64,000 bases of DNA from Glaciecola sp. (GTDB lineage: Bacteria; Pseudomonadota; Gammaproteobacteria; Enterobacterales; Alteromonadaceae), in NCBI GenBank assembly GCA_965660815.1, contig CBFIBG010000008.1:11028-75027 (forward strand). The letters are read 5' to 3'. Below the pieces are notes generated by a model, which saw only the letters and a program-made list of their open reading frames with translations, made no database searches and had not been told where the DNA came from. Position numbers and translations under genes: made by a program. How positions within the stretch are numbered: the stretch's first letter is position 1; each line of letters opens with the position of its first letter. Below, in pieces: positions 9,615-20,230 of the stretch.

Positions 9615-11711
9615 GTGACAATTATTAATCAATATATTACTAATAAAGTGTGCGTAATTAGTATGGCCAACAAGCCAGTAAACGCTTTATCCAAAGCCGT
9701 ACGTGTCGGTTTAATCGAGATATTGAAAGGCGCCCAACAGAATAATGACGTTGATTCAATCGTGATCACCAGCGAACTGACCCTGTTTAGTGCAGGAGCC
9801 GATATTAGTGAGTTTTCAGGTGGCGATTTGTCACCCATGCTACCAGAAGTATTAGATACTATTGAAAAAAGCTTAAAACCCGTGGTGGCTGCCGTAAATG
9901 GTAACGCGTTTGGCGGCGGACTTGAATTGGCATTAGCCTGTCATCATAGAGTGACCCATGCAAAGAATAAAGTCGGGCTCCCAGAAGTACATCTTGGAAT
10001 TCTTCCAGGAGCAGGAGGCACCCAACGACTCCCGAGGCTGATACCATTGCCGGACGCATTAAATATGATAGTGTCAGGTACGCCTGCCAAAGTGTCAGAT
10101 ATTTCATCGCTGTTCAGTGCGATCACAGACCCTGAAAACGTGCTTGAAGAAGCAATATCGCTTGCTCGAAATGTAGCAGGTAAGAGCATCCCAAGAGCGT
10201 GCGATGTTATTTTAGAAAGTAGCCCGATTAACGATTCAATTTTTGAACAAACACAGGCCACAGCTGACGTCAAGTTACGAGGTTTTTTTGCACCCAGTCA
10301 ATGCATTGCTGCAGTAAAAGCTGCCTTTGACTTACCATTTGAAGAAGGTTTGAAAAGAGAAGGAGAATTATTCATGCAGTGCATGAATACTCCTCAAGCG
10401 CGAGCGCAACAACACTTTTTCTTTGCAGAGCGAGCGGCCGCCTCATTGCCGGATATCGACAACAATGTGAAGCCAAGACCTGTGAACAAAGTTGGCATTA
10501 TCGGTGCTGGCACTATGGGGGGAGGTATCGCTATGAACTTTGTAAATTCAGGTATACCCGTTGTTATTTTAGAGGTCAATCAAGCGAACCTTGATAAAGG
10601 GCTTGGGGTGATCCGGAAAAATTATGAAAATTCAGCGAAGAAAGGCAAATTAACGCAAGCTCAAGTTGAGCAAAGGATGAGCCTTTTTACAACAACGACT
10701 CAGTACGAAGCACTATCTGATGTCGACTTAGTAATTGAAGCTGTATTCGAAAAAATGTCTGTCAAAAAAGACGTATTTAGGGCGCTTGACAGAGTGTGTA
10801 AACCTGGCGCTATTTTAGCCAGTAACACATCTACCTTAGACCTGGACGAAATTGCACAGGCCACTAGTCGGCCACAAGACGTCATAGGGTTACACTTCTT
10901 TTCTCCAGCAAATGTGATGAAACTGCTTGAGATAGTAAAAGGTAGAAAGACTCAAAATGATGTAATAAAAACTGCGATGGCGTTGGCAAAAACGATTAAA
11001 AAGGTAGGTGTTTTAGTCGGTGTTTGCTTCGGTTTCGTGGGCAATAGAATGATTGAAGTGTACGCTCGAGAGGCGAATCGATTGATGCTAGAAGGCGCTT
11101 CTCCGGAACAAGTAGACTCGGTAATCACAAAATTTGGTTTTCCCATGGGCCCATTCACCATGGGAGATATGGCTGGACTGGATATAGGGTATTTTGTGAG
11201 GCAGTCGCGTCGAGAACACATAAAACACGACCCTTCATATTGTGTGGTGGCTGACCAATTAGTGGAAGCTGGTCGTGTGGGTCTAAAAGCGGGTAAGGGA
11301 GTTTACCTGTATGAGGCAGGAAAGCGCGCGCCTATTTTTGATCCTGAAGTCGTGGAAATAGCCAAACAAAAAGCCAGCGAACTCAATATTCCTCAGCGCG
11401 AAATTAGTGAACAAGAAATTCTCGAACGATGCATCTTTCCACTTATCAATGAAGGCGCCAACATTTTAATGGAAGGTATTGCTCAACGCTCTAGCGATAT
11501 TGACGTTATTTATGTCTATGGCTATGGATTCCCCGTTTACCGAGGAGGACCTATGAAATATGCCGATGAAATAGGATTGGAGACCATTTTGGAACGCATT
11601 AAATATTATCAAACAAGTTTAGGGGAGTATGGGAAACAGTGGTTTGAGCCTTCGCCTTTACTCGAGAAATTAGTTAACAAACAACAAACATTCACCCGTT
11701 TTACTCAATAA
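9615..11711 (+). CDS. bifunctional enoyl-CoA hydratase / 3-hydroxyacyl-CoA dehydrogenase (FadB/FadJ-like)
   Basis: N-terminal crotonase fold (FSAGADISEF, GGGLELALACHHR) and C-terminal NAD domain (IIGAGTMGGGIA). GTG start preceded by GGGAG. Confidence 0.9.
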   Translation: MTIINQYITNKVCVISMANKPVNALSKAVRVGLIEILKGAQQNNDVDSIVITSELTLFSAGADISEFSGGDLSPMLPEVLDTIEKSLKPVVAAVNGNAFGGGLELALACHHRVTHAKNKVGLPEVHLGILPGAGGTQRLPRLIPLPDALNMIVSGTPAKVSDISSLFSAITDPENVLEEAISLARNVAGKSIPRACDVILESSPINDSIFEQTQATADVKLRGFFAPSQCIAAVKAAFDLPFEEGLKREGELFMQCMNTPQARAQQHFFFAERAAASLPDIDNNVKPRPVNKVGIIGAGTMGGGIAMNFVNSGIPVVILEVNQANLDKGLGVIRKNYENSAKKGKLTQAQVEQRMSLFTTTTQYEALSDVDLVIEAVFEKMSVKKDVFRALDRVCKPGAILASNTSTLDLDEIAQATSRPQDVIGLHFFSPANVMKLLEIVKGRKTQNDVIKTAMALAKTIKKVGVLVGVCFGFVGNRMIEVYAREANRLMLEGASPEQVDSVITKFGFPMGPFTMGDMAGLDIGYFVRQSRREHIKHDPSYCVVADQLVEAGRVGLKAGKGVYLYEAGKRAPIFDPEVVEIAKQKASELNIPQREISEQEILERCIFPLINEGANILMEGIAQRSSDIDVIYVYGYGFPVYRGGPMKYADEIGLETILERIKYYQTSLGEYGKQWFEPSPLLEKLVNKQQTFTRFTQ

Positions 11712-11739
11712 AGAGAACGCACAGATTTAGGTTATAAAA

Positions 11740-13539
11740 ATGCAGAATTTTAAAGCACCAGAACGCGATACATTATTTGTCACTCATGAATTATTTGACA
11801 TACAAAGCCATTATCAAAAGTTAGGGTTCGATGACGTCAATGAAGATTTAGTAAGAGCTATCTATACTGAGGCAGGCAAATTTGCTGAAAATATCCTTGC
11901 CCCAATTAATGCAATAGGGGACCAGCAAGGGTGTAAAATTGACAATGGTATGGTGACCACGCCAGACGGTTTTAAAGAAGCTTATGCACAGTATGTCGAG
12001 GGTGGATGGCCGTCTATGGCTCAGCCAGAAGAATTTGATGGTCAGGGCTTGCCTTATTCTTTAGCTACCTCTTTAGCTGAATGGTTTTCTGGGGCCAATC
12101 ACTCATGGGCTATGTACCCAGGATTAAGTCAAGGCTGTATGGAAACGTTAAAGAGCCACGGCACAAAAGAGCAACAGGACATGTTCTTAAGAAAACTAAT
12201 AGAGGGGGTATGGACAGGAACAATGTGTCTGACGGAACCACATTGCGGGTCCGACTTGGGCATGCTTAAGTGTAAAGCTACCCCTAACCCTGATGGAACC
12301 TATTCTTTGACGGGCACAAAAATATTTATCTCAGCCGGCGAACATGACTTATCTGAAAATATTATTCATATAGTACTAGCTCGATTGCCCGATGCACCAA
12401 AAGGCACCAAAGGCATTTCTTTGTTCATCGTGCCTAAGTATAACCTGGACGACAATGGTGAAATAGGAGAGCGAAACACAGTTAAATGCGGTTCAATCGA
12501 ACACAAGATGGGCATTAAAGGCAGCGCGACGTGCGTGATGAATTTCGATGGGGCCAAAGCGCATTTGATAGGACAACCCAATCGCGGCTTAAACTGCATG
12601 TTTACCTTTATGAATATTGCTCGAATTGGAACAGGCGTAGAAGGTTTATCTGCCTGCGAGGCGTCTTTTCAAGGGGCGTTAGCTTATGCTCAAGACAGAG
12701 TGCAGTTTCGCTCGATGACTGGCATTAAGAACCCAGAAGGTCAAGCTGATCCCATCATTGTTCACCCAGACGTTCGCCGCATGTTACTGACTCAGAAGTC
12801 TTTAGCTGAGGGGAACAGGGCGTTGGCCAATTATTGTATGAAACTGGTGGATGTGACCAGCTACTCAAAAGATGAAACAGAAATCAAACTGGCCGAATCG
12901 AAACTGGCTCTGCTCACGCCCATTGTGAAAGCATTTCTCACTGAAACGGCGCAAGAAGCAACTAGCTATGGGATGCAGGTATACGGTGGTCATGGTTATA
13001 TTGCAGAATGGGGAATGGAGCAACTGGCTAGAGACACACGAATTTGCACGATGTACGAAGGGACCACAGGTATTCAAGCCATAGATCTGCTGGCAAGAAA
13101 AATCATGGGTTCTAACGGCGAACTGTTAAATGTGTTTACCGATGAAATCAAGCAGTACTGTTCAAGTGTGCGCGAGATGAGTCAGTTCAACGCTTGGACC
13201 AATGCAATAGATAGTCATGTGGATGAATGGTTGCAACTCACCAAAGATATCGGCTTATCAGCCTCAAAAGATCCCTATGAATTGGGGGCAGCGTCGGTTG
13301 ACTATTTAATGTATGCCGGTTATATCACGGTCGGGTATTTCTGGCTCAAAATGGCCGTTGTGGCTCAGCAAAAGTTGGATACGGGCACAACAGAAGAGGA
13401 TTTTTATCAGGCCAAAATTCATACCGCAAAATTCTATTTTGACCGCATGTTAACTCGCACGCGCTCTTTAGTGTCTACCATGGCATCCGGTGCTGACAAC
13501 TTAATGGCCATGGATGCTAGATTGTTTAAAGTAGGGTAG
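11740..13539 (+). CDS. acyl-CoA dehydrogenase, long form with C-terminal extension
   Basis: CLTEPHCGSDLG and YGGHGYI...RDTRICTMYEGTTGIQ motifs. 599 aa, starting 28 nt after the fadB-like gene. Confidence 0.9.
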   Translation: MQNFKAPERDTLFVTHELFDIQSHYQKLGFDDVNEDLVRAIYTEAGKFAENILAPINAIGDQQGCKIDNGMVTTPDGFKEAYAQYVEGGWPSMAQPEEFDGQGLPYSLATSLAEWFSGANHSWAMYPGLSQGCMETLKSHGTKEQQDMFLRKLIEGVWTGTMCLTEPHCGSDLGMLKCKATPNPDGTYSLTGTKIFISAGEHDLSENIIHIVLARLPDAPKGTKGISLFIVPKYNLDDNGEIGERNTVKCGSIEHKMGIKGSATCVMNFDGAKAHLIGQPNRGLNCMFTFMNIARIGTGVEGLSACEASFQGALAYAQDRVQFRSMTGIKNPEGQADPIIVHPDVRRMLLTQKSLAEGNRALANYCMKLVDVTSYSKDETEIKLAESKLALLTPIVKAFLTETAQEATSYGMQVYGGHGYIAEWGMEQLARDTRICTMYEGTTGIQAIDLLARKIMGSNGELLNVFTDEIKQYCSSVREMSQFNAWTNAIDSHVDEWLQLTKDIGLSASKDPYELGAASVDYLMYAGYITVGYFWLKMAVVAQQKLDTGTTEEDFYQAKIHTAKFYFDRMLTRTRSLVSTMASGADNLMAMDARLFKVG

Positions 13540-13655
13540 TAGACTTATTGCGAAGGACAAACTTATGAAGCGTGTTCTTCGCATTTCTATTGTCGTAATT
13601 TAGTGAATTTGGATTCTAAGTTAAGCATTTAGTTACAATTACCGGCTGGTCTTAT

Positions 13656-14540
13656 ATGCAACATTCAATCATTCAACAAGAATCGGTTACTCTGTCTACG
13701 ACAACGATCCAATACTTACACAATTATTCTGATGATAACCAGGCCAAACCTTTTATGCTCATGTTGCATGGGTTCCCCGAAAACAGCTGGAGTTACTCGT
13801 ATTATTTGTCTAGTTTGTATACTGAATATCGAGTGATTGCGCCAGATCTGCCCGGGTATAATTTAAGTCCAGGATTTAGCACAGTAAGTGATTATAACAT
13901 TGAAAATTTGATGGTATGTTTGGATGAATTTATAGAGGCGATTTGCCAAGATAATAAAGTGTATTTAGTGGGACATGATTGGGGCGGAGCCATTGCTTGG
14001 CCATTCGCGGCTTTTTATCAACACCGAATTCACAAGCTGGTAATTTTAAACTCAGCTCATCCGTCAGCGTTTACCAGAGAAATGGCACAGAATGAAAAAC
14101 AGCAAAAACGTTCTGATTATATTACCGATTTGATTTCAGACGGTGCGTACGATTGGGTAAAAGCCGACGATTTTTATCGGTTGAAAAGGCTTTATGGCGG
14201 TTTATTTGAGACCTTTGATGTTGAATACCGCAAACAACTTTTAGCTCAATGGCAACATAAAACGAGTATGGACAATGCCTTTGCTTATTACAAGAACATG
14301 CCAAACTTGATAACGAAACGCGTCGAAGGAAACGCTGATATTAAAATACCCAATATACGGGTCGACTTACCAACGCTTGTGTTGTGGGGAGTGAAAGACA
14401 CTGCGTTTGTTCCCCAAGTATTAAACAACCTCGAGCAATGGGTAAAAGATCTTACTTTGGTTGAATATCAGCAAGCAGATCATTGGCTTCACCTTCAACA
14501 ACCCGAAGCAGTTTTGAAAAAGATAAGGAATTATTGTTAA
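13656..14540 (+). CDS. alpha/beta hydrolase, epoxide-hydrolase-like
   Basis: HGFP (HGXP oxyanion motif), nucleophile elbow GHDWGG, C-terminal ADHWLHLQQP. Confidence 0.8.
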   Translation: MQHSIIQQESVTLSTTTIQYLHNYSDDNQAKPFMLMLHGFPENSWSYSYYLSSLYTEYRVIAPDLPGYNLSPGFSTVSDYNIENLMVCLDEFIEAICQDNKVYLVGHDWGGAIAWPFAAFYQHRIHKLVILNSAHPSAFTREMAQNEKQQKRSDYITDLISDGAYDWVKADDFYRLKRLYGGLFETFDVEYRKQLLAQWQHKTSMDNAFAYYKNMPNLITKRVEGNADIKIPNIRVDLPTLVLWGVKDTAFVPQVLNNLEQWVKDLTLVEYQQADHWLHLQQPEAVLKKIRNYC

Positions 14541-14545
14541 ACAGT

Positions 14546-14572
14546 TGCACAGGCCGAAAGATAACCTGTGCA
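14546..14572. terminator. Hairpin between convergent genes
   Basis: TGCACAGG-11 nt-CCTGTGCA between stops at 14540 (+) and 14597 (-). No clear U-tract. Confidence 0.5.
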
Positions 14573-14596
14573 CATTAAAACACTGGCTGTGTTTTG

Positions 14597-14995
14597 TTAT
14601 AGTCGGTCTTTAACTACTTCAGCGATAGGTGAGTGACTATAGCCATTTGCGTCAATCCAGCTTGCCAATGCAATGCCGTCTTTTTCAGGCTCGCGTAATT
14701 TAGTTTTTGGTAAGCGTTTTACTAACAGTTCACCAGCATCAATTGCATCATTCAAAATGGCGGTTCTGATCAGGCTGTTACCTCCGCAAGTAATTCCTTC
14801 ATAATAATCGTCTAGTCGCACTCTAAAATCGTTCTTGACGCTTTTAATTTTTTTACGCAGCTCAGACTTATCATTTGCAATCACAATATTGCAAATGTTA
14901 GCGAGCGCATCTTCTATTGATGCACTGGCAAAGTTTGATTGAAACATAAGACTTGACGCCAGCGCACTTAAACAAAAAAACTTCTTAACATTCAT
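14597..14995 (-). CDS. small secreted protein (possibly DUF3718-like)
   Basis: Signal peptide MNVKKFFCLSALASSLMFQSNFASA. The ATG at 14995 is preceded by GAGG. The family name is from memory only. Confidence 0.55.
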   Translation of the reverse strand: MNVKKFFCLSALASSLMFQSNFASASIEDALANICNIVIANDKSELRKKIKSVKNDFRVRLDDYYEGITCGGNSLIRTAILNDAIDAGELLVKRLPKTKLREPEKDGIALASWIDANGYSHSPIAEVVKDRL

Positions 14996-15120
14996 GGTAG
15001 ACCTCATACTAAGGGGGTAAGTTACACACAACTTAGAGTCTAAAGTTGTCACCGCTTTGCACAATAGGGTCGTCCATATATTGGTATGTCAACATATAAC
15101 GTTTATCTATAACCGACTAA

Positions 15121-16023
15121 TTAATCAGGGTTATATGCCTTTGCAACCTCTGCTATCTGCTCACGCATCCACCTATGAGCACTGTCGTGATCGGCACTTA
15201 CATGCCAATATAAAAAATACTCTATTGGCGGTATGTCGAATGGTATCTCGTACATAGCTAGGTCGTAGTGTTTGGCTAGATGATAGGGGATACAAGCAAT
15301 AAGATCGGTTTTTGCTAATGCACTGGGCACAGTTAAAAAATGTTGTCCACGCATCACAATCTGACGTTTTTTACCTAACTTATCTAAAGCCACATCGATT
15401 GGACCCGCGCCCGATTTGCGGTTAGACACATTGATATGGCCTAAGGTTAAAAAGTTGTCCAGTGTTAATTCATTTTTTATGTGTGGATGATTTTTCCGTG
15501 CCATTGCAACAAATCTATCGGTGGCGATCAGTTGTTTTTTTAAATGAATATCAGTAAACGTAGAGGCGTCGGCGTAAAAGTCTAAATTGCCACTTGCCAT
15601 CGATGATACCACCTGTCCTTTTGCTATTTCATAATTGGTCAAAGTAATGTTTGGCGCTAAACTTTGAAGCCGAGACATAAGCCTTGGCATGATACTTACT
15701 TCTAGCAAGTCTCTGCTGGCGAAGTTGAACGATTTGGCTGAAATGGCGGGTTCAAATACATGGCTTTGTTGCACAGATTTTCTCAGTAACTCCAGAGCTT
15801 CTCTTGCCGGCACTATGATATTTTGAGCGACGGGAGTTGGCGTCATGGAATGCCCAGTTCTGACGAACAAGGGGTCATTTAACATATCTCGCAACCTTGC
15901 TAATGAGTTACTCACGGCCGGTTGCGTGATACACAACACATCGGCTGCTTTCGTCAAACTGCCAGCAGTATAAATTGCATCGAACACAGCAAACAAATTC
16001 AAATCAATACGATGTAAGTTCAT
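15121..16023 (-). CDS. LysR family transcriptional regulator
   Basis: N-terminal wHTH: DLNLFAVFDAIYTAGSLTKAADVLCITQPAVSNSLARLR. About 300 aa. Confidence 0.9.
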   Translation of the reverse strand: MNLHRIDLNLFAVFDAIYTAGSLTKAADVLCITQPAVSNSLARLRDMLNDPLFVRTGHSMTPTPVAQNIIVPAREALELLRKSVQQSHVFEPAISAKSFNFASRDLLEVSIMPRLMSRLQSLAPNITLTNYEIAKGQVVSSMASGNLDFYADASTFTDIHLKKQLIATDRFVAMARKNHPHIKNELTLDNFLTLGHINVSNRKSGAGPIDVALDKLGKKRQIVMRGQHFLTVPSALAKTDLIACIPYHLAKHYDLAMYEIPFDIPPIEYFLYWHVSADHDSAHRWMREQIAEVAKAYNPD

Positions 16024-16148
16024 CAAAAACGATCCTAAACATTTAACAAAAGTATATTAATATTATTTTAACATTTTAGTGACATTTAAGTATAAATCAA
16101 ACTAATAGTGTTGTTTAGTATTAATTAATAAAATTTATAGGTATTTGC

Positions 16149-16592
16149 TTGGATATTTTCGAACTTTCTGTAGGTGATATATTGGAGTGTCGTGACTATC
16201 ACAAGGTCACGCAGCAACAAATTGACCAATTCGCAAACGCAACGGGTGATAAACAGTGGATTCACATTGACGTTGAAAGATGCAAGACACAAAGCCCTTT
16301 TAAAACCACTATTGCGCACGGCTTTTTAACATTGTCTATCATGCCTCAAATGTATGCATCGTGCGTAACGGTCGACCCAGAAACCACTACGCTAATTAAT
16401 TATGGCATGGATTCATTAAGGTTCATTGAACCGGTCTGCGTGAATGATGAAATTAAGTACTTATTTGAGTTAATCAATATAGAGTCAAAAGCAATGGGGC
16501 AAGTCTACAAATTCAAAGGGACTGTCTTAATAAAGGGCAAAGATAAACCGGCTTTGATTGGTGAGTTTCTTTCGTTAGTGATTGAAAATTAG
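16149..16592 (+). CDS. MaoC-like hotdog-fold dehydratase
   Basis: QIDQFANATGDKQWIHID...TTIAHGF is the typical MaoC hydratase motif region. TTG start, divergent from LysR. Confidence 0.75.
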   Translation: MDIFELSVGDILECRDYHKVTQQQIDQFANATGDKQWIHIDVERCKTQSPFKTTIAHGFLTLSIMPQMYASCVTVDPETTTLINYGMDSLRFIEPVCVNDEIKYLFELINIESKAMGQVYKFKGTVLIKGKDKPALIGEFLSLVIEN

Positions 16593-16778
16593 GAGGGTAA
16601 AATTGACTGGTAGGACCATGCGTACATTTTATAGTAACAGATAAGTAACATTATATTTACAAATATAAGGTAAGCACCTAGTATTAAATTACTCAACGGG
16701 AGTCATAATAAAAATAGCAACTGCTCATAATATTTGCACACACACAACGCGAAGCGATGAGCAAACTTTTGGGGAACG

Positions 16779-19475
16779 ATGATGAAGTTACAAGCAAAAA
16801 AGACAGCCATCGCAGCTTTTGTTGCGTCGCAAATGCTAGCAATACCACAACTTTCCGTGGCTCAAGAACAAGAAGATGAAGCTCAGCAAGTCGAGTTGAT
16901 TCTGGTAACCGGCAGTTTCGTAAGAAGAAGCGAAAATTTTGAATCACCATCACCTTTAGCGGTGGTAGACAGCATAGCAATTGATGCTATCGGGGCGAAA
17001 AACATTGCTGATATTACTCAGACGTTGACCATCAATACTGGCGCAGAAAATAACCCTGATGCTTTTACACAAAACGCGACCGCTGGCACATCAAACATTA
17101 ATCTTCGTGGTTTAGGCGTCGCCTCTACGCTCGTATTGTTGAATAACCGTCGCCAGGTAGTCAACGCTCAACAAACAAATGAAGGATTAAACTTTGTAGA
17201 CACTAGTTCACTTGTCCCAATGATAGCAATTGATCGCATGGAAATTGTAAAAGATGGTGCGTCTGCTCTTTACGGATCTGATGCGGTGGCGGGTGTAGTC
17301 AACTTCATTACAAAGCGTAATTACGATGGGGCAAAAGTCACATTAGATTATCAAGATGGCGCTCATGGAAATAATAAAGAGTGGGTAATGCAAGGTTTAT
17401 GGGGAGCTTCTGGTGACAATGGCAACGTGATGGCCGCCTTGAGTTACACTAACAGAAGTCCTTTATTTTTAAGTGATAGAAGATTGTCTCGTCCACAAGA
17501 CGACACCTCGGCGTTGGGTAACCCGGGAGCATTCTTTTTTACTCAAGGACCATTGGCCGGCACTCCTATAATTGACCCAGGCTGTGAGGCTTTTGGTGGC
17601 TTTCCTCAGCTCTTAGCCCCTCCTGGCACTGTACCTGGTTTGGACATTGGCTTATGCGGTTTTGATTTCGGTCCGGGCTATTCTTATGTTGCTGACGAGT
17701 CGAGAGTCAATGCGTACTTTAAATCAGAATACAATTTAAGTGATGCGCTGGTTTGGACTACTGAGGTTGGTGTGGCGAGGAATAGAGCAGAGCGCGGCGG
17801 CGCCCCAAGTTTTCCAAATTTAAGAGGTCCTGTTGTTCCAGCAACTCATCCAAACAATATTTTTGGACAACCAGTCATCTTTTTTGGCCGAGCAGAAGGC
17901 AATGGTTTTGCTCCTGACCCAGCCTATACTGAATCTGATACGTTTAGATTCAACACTGTGCTGCAGGGCGAATTGGAAAACGGTTTCTGGGAACTCAGTT
18001 ATACTAATGCGACTAATAACTTTTTATTCCAAGTCGAAGATGTCTTAAATACAGAGTTCAATTTGGCTCTTAATGGCTTCGGAGGCGCCAACTGTGATCC
18101 AGTAAATGGAACGGCCGGTGAAGGTCAATGTGAATATTTTAACCCTTTCTCTACATCCTATACATCTGCGCCCAATTCTCAGTATGTCATTGACTCGTTT
18201 TCGGCCGATCAATTGATTGACTCTGAAGCCAACTTAGAAGTTGTAGAAGCCTTTGCATCTTTTGATGTGTTTGATATGGATGGCGGCGCAGCAGGCTTAG
18301 CAATAGGGTTGCAATACAGAGCAGAAGAGTTGAAACAGGACTATGATAAATTGTCTAACGAAGATAGCTTTTCATTTGTGATAGGCAACCCAGATTTTGA
18401 TGATAATTTGAATGTGTGGGCGGCCTTCGCTGAACTAGCTTTGCCTGTGAGTGAGGACTTGGATGTTCAATTAGCCTTGCGTTTTGAAGATTACGGTGGC
18501 TCAGTTGGAAACACTGTCGATCCTAAATTAGCGGTGAATTACCGTGCGAGTGATTCGCTATCGGTCAGAGCTTCAATATCAACCTCTTTCAGAGCGCCTT
18601 CGATATTTATGCAAAATGGCGGCGCTACAACCTTACAACAGCTAAATGATCCATTAATCAATTCCAACGCCTTTGCGGCGGTAAGAACATCTGGTAACGA
18701 GAATCTAACGCCAGAAGAATCGCAGGCGTATAATCTGGGATTTTCATTTGAACCTGTCGACGACTGGTCAATTGAGCTGGATTACTGGAGTTTCGATTTC
18801 GAAGATTTAATCATTCAAGAAAGTGCACAGGCGATATTGGCTGCAAATCCGTCAGATCCAGAAAGAATTATTAGAGCGGGTGATCCTTTAACTGGTCCTC
18901 TAGTTCAGGTAAACAATACCTATGTTAATGCAAGTTCTCTAGAAACCTCGGGAGTTGACTTTGTTAGCAGCTATAAATTCGATACAGATTCAATAGGAGT
19001 GATTGTCCCATCGGTCCATTTAACTTATATCTCTAAGTATGATCTAGTTGATCCGCAAGCTGGAGAAATCGATGGAGCGGGTAGAAGAAATTTCACAAAC
19101 ATTGGGGTATCTTCGCCAGAACTTAGAGCAAATTTAGGGCTGTCATGGAGAATGAATGCCTACAGTGCAAACGTATTTGTGCGTTATATAAGTGCTTACG
19201 ATGATGACCAAAATTGCGCAGATGGCAGTCCAATAGCCGCTGGTTGTGGTAGTGCAGGTTTGACAGAAATTGAGGCGCATACAACGTTCGACGCACAGTT
19301 AAATATCGATCTCGGCTCTATTCTAAATACTGAGACCAATTATGTACTAACATTAGGCGGCATTAACTTAACGGATGAAAATCCGCCTCAGGTATTTACT
19401 AATAGTGGTTTTGATTCGAAAGTTCACGATCCTAGAGGCAGACAACTTTATGTGAGATTTGCAGCGGAATTTTGA
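16779..19475 (+). CDS. TonB-dependent receptor (898 aa), substrate unknown
   Basis: Signal peptide ending ...QLSVAQE. Plug motifs RMEIVKDGASALYGSDAVAGVVNFITK. C-terminal barrel strand ending in Phe (YVRFAAEF). Confidence 0.9.
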   Translation: MMKLQAKKTAIAAFVASQMLAIPQLSVAQEQEDEAQQVELILVTGSFVRRSENFESPSPLAVVDSIAIDAIGAKNIADITQTLTINTGAENNPDAFTQNATAGTSNINLRGLGVASTLVLLNNRRQVVNAQQTNEGLNFVDTSSLVPMIAIDRMEIVKDGASALYGSDAVAGVVNFITKRNYDGAKVTLDYQDGAHGNNKEWVMQGLWGASGDNGNVMAALSYTNRSPLFLSDRRLSRPQDDTSALGNPGAFFFTQGPLAGTPIIDPGCEAFGGFPQLLAPPGTVPGLDIGLCGFDFGPGYSYVADESRVNAYFKSEYNLSDALVWTTEVGVARNRAERGGAPSFPNLRGPVVPATHPNNIFGQPVIFFGRAEGNGFAPDPAYTESDTFRFNTVLQGELENGFWELSYTNATNNFLFQVEDVLNTEFNLALNGFGGANCDPVNGTAGEGQCEYFNPFSTSYTSAPNSQYVIDSFSADQLIDSEANLEVVEAFASFDVFDMDGGAAGLAIGLQYRAEELKQDYDKLSNEDSFSFVIGNPDFDDNLNVWAAFAELALPVSEDLDVQLALRFEDYGGSVGNTVDPKLAVNYRASDSLSVRASISTSFRAPSIFMQNGGATTLQQLNDPLINSNAFAAVRTSGNENLTPEESQAYNLGFSFEPVDDWSIELDYWSFDFEDLIIQESAQAILAANPSDPERIIRAGDPLTGPLVQVNNTYVNASSLETSGVDFVSSYKFDTDSIGVIVPSVHLTYISKYDLVDPQAGEIDGAGRRNFTNIGVSSPELRANLGLSWRMNAYSANVFVRYISAYDDDQNCADGSPIAAGCGSAGLTEIEAHTTFDAQLNIDLGSILNTETNYVLTLGGINLTDENPPQVFTNSGFDSKVHDPRGRQLYVRFAAEF

Positions 19476-19511
19476 TGAAAGTATATAATTAAGGTTGCCT
19501 ACCTTTGTACT

Positions 19512-19546
19512 AGCCTCCAGCCGTTAAAGCTAGGAGGCTTTTTTAT
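19512..19546 (+). terminator. Intrinsic terminator
   Basis: AGCCTCC-14 nt-GGAGGCT followed by TTTTTT. Confidence 0.8.
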
Positions 19547-19634
19547 TTTATTGAATTATCAATGATGAAGTATGTCTTAGAGGTGTTGTCGATAAATGAT
19601 TATAAAAAATTGAACATGTTGATTAGGAGAAATG

Positions 19635-19943
19635 ATGACTACAGTATTAGAACAAACCGAACTAGAAGAAGCTATAGCGACTTTAAATGAAGATTGCGAT
19701 GGTGAATTATGGCAAGTAATTGACGGTAAATTGACCAAAGAATTTAAGTTTAAAAATTTTGTCAAAGCGTTTGGTTGGATGTCTCAAATGGCAATATGGG
19801 CCGAAAAGTTAAATCACCATCCAGAATGGTTTAACGTGTACAACACGGTAAAAGTAGAGTTGGTTACTCATGATGTTGGCGGCATAAGCGAGTTAGATTT
19901 TAAATTAGCTAAACAAATGGAAGCCCACAAGGTTAAAGAATAG
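19635..19943 (+). CDS. phhB: pterin-4a-carbinolamine (4a-hydroxytetrahydrobiopterin) dehydratase
   Basis: [20 protein letters not shown] signature, about 100 aa. The second ATG has better spacing to AGGAG. Confidence 0.85.
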   Translation: MTTVLEQTELEEAIATLNEDCDGELWQVIDGKLTKEFKFKNFVKAFGWMSQMAIWAEKLNHHPEWFNVYNTVKVELVTHDVGGISELDFKLAKQMEAHKVKE

Positions 19944-19972
19944 GCAGTCGATAAAAATATTTGTTTTGTTGC

Positions 19973-20000
19973 TTGCATACCGTTTAGTGACATGTATAAT
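19973..20000 (+). promoter_or_regulatory. sigma70-type promoter for the initiator tRNA
   Basis: TTGCAT-16 nt-TATAAT followed by a GC-rich discriminator (ACGCACCAC), 45 nt upstream of the tRNA 5' end. Confidence 0.5.
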
Positions 20001-20044
20001 ACGCACCACTTCGAAGCACATAACGCTTTGAAACCAGTTTCTAG

Positions 20045-20121
<77 letters not shown>

Positions 20122-20130
20122 AACTAAGAA

Positions 20131-20156
20131 AAACACTCGATAGAGTGTTTTTTTTT
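20131..20156 (+). terminator. Intrinsic terminator after metY
   Basis: AAACACTC-GATA-GAGTGTTT followed by a T-run. Confidence 0.8.
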
Positions 20157-20195
20157 GCCGTAAAATTTGGTTAATATCTATTTATTAAGATAAAT

Positions 20196-20224
20196 TTGCG
20201 ATTTTATAAAGCGCCTTGTATACT
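20196..20224 (+). promoter_or_regulatory. Candidate sigma70 promoter
   Basis: TTGCGA-17 nt-TATACT. Confidence 0.35.
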
Positions 20225-20230
20225 CTCGCT

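Noticed and set aside
16593-16778. Possible riboswitch or Fur box upstream of the 898-aa TonB-dependent receptor
   Set aside because: The best Fur-like stretch (CATAATAAAAATAGCAACT) has too many mismatches to GATAATGATAATCATTATC. I found no recognisable B12 or TPP riboswitch core sequences.
20217-20227. Recurring TATACTCT -10-like strings (20219, 20466, 60671)
   Set aside because: These are short AT-rich matches expected by chance in a genome of this composition. I do not treat them as a shared regulatory motif.
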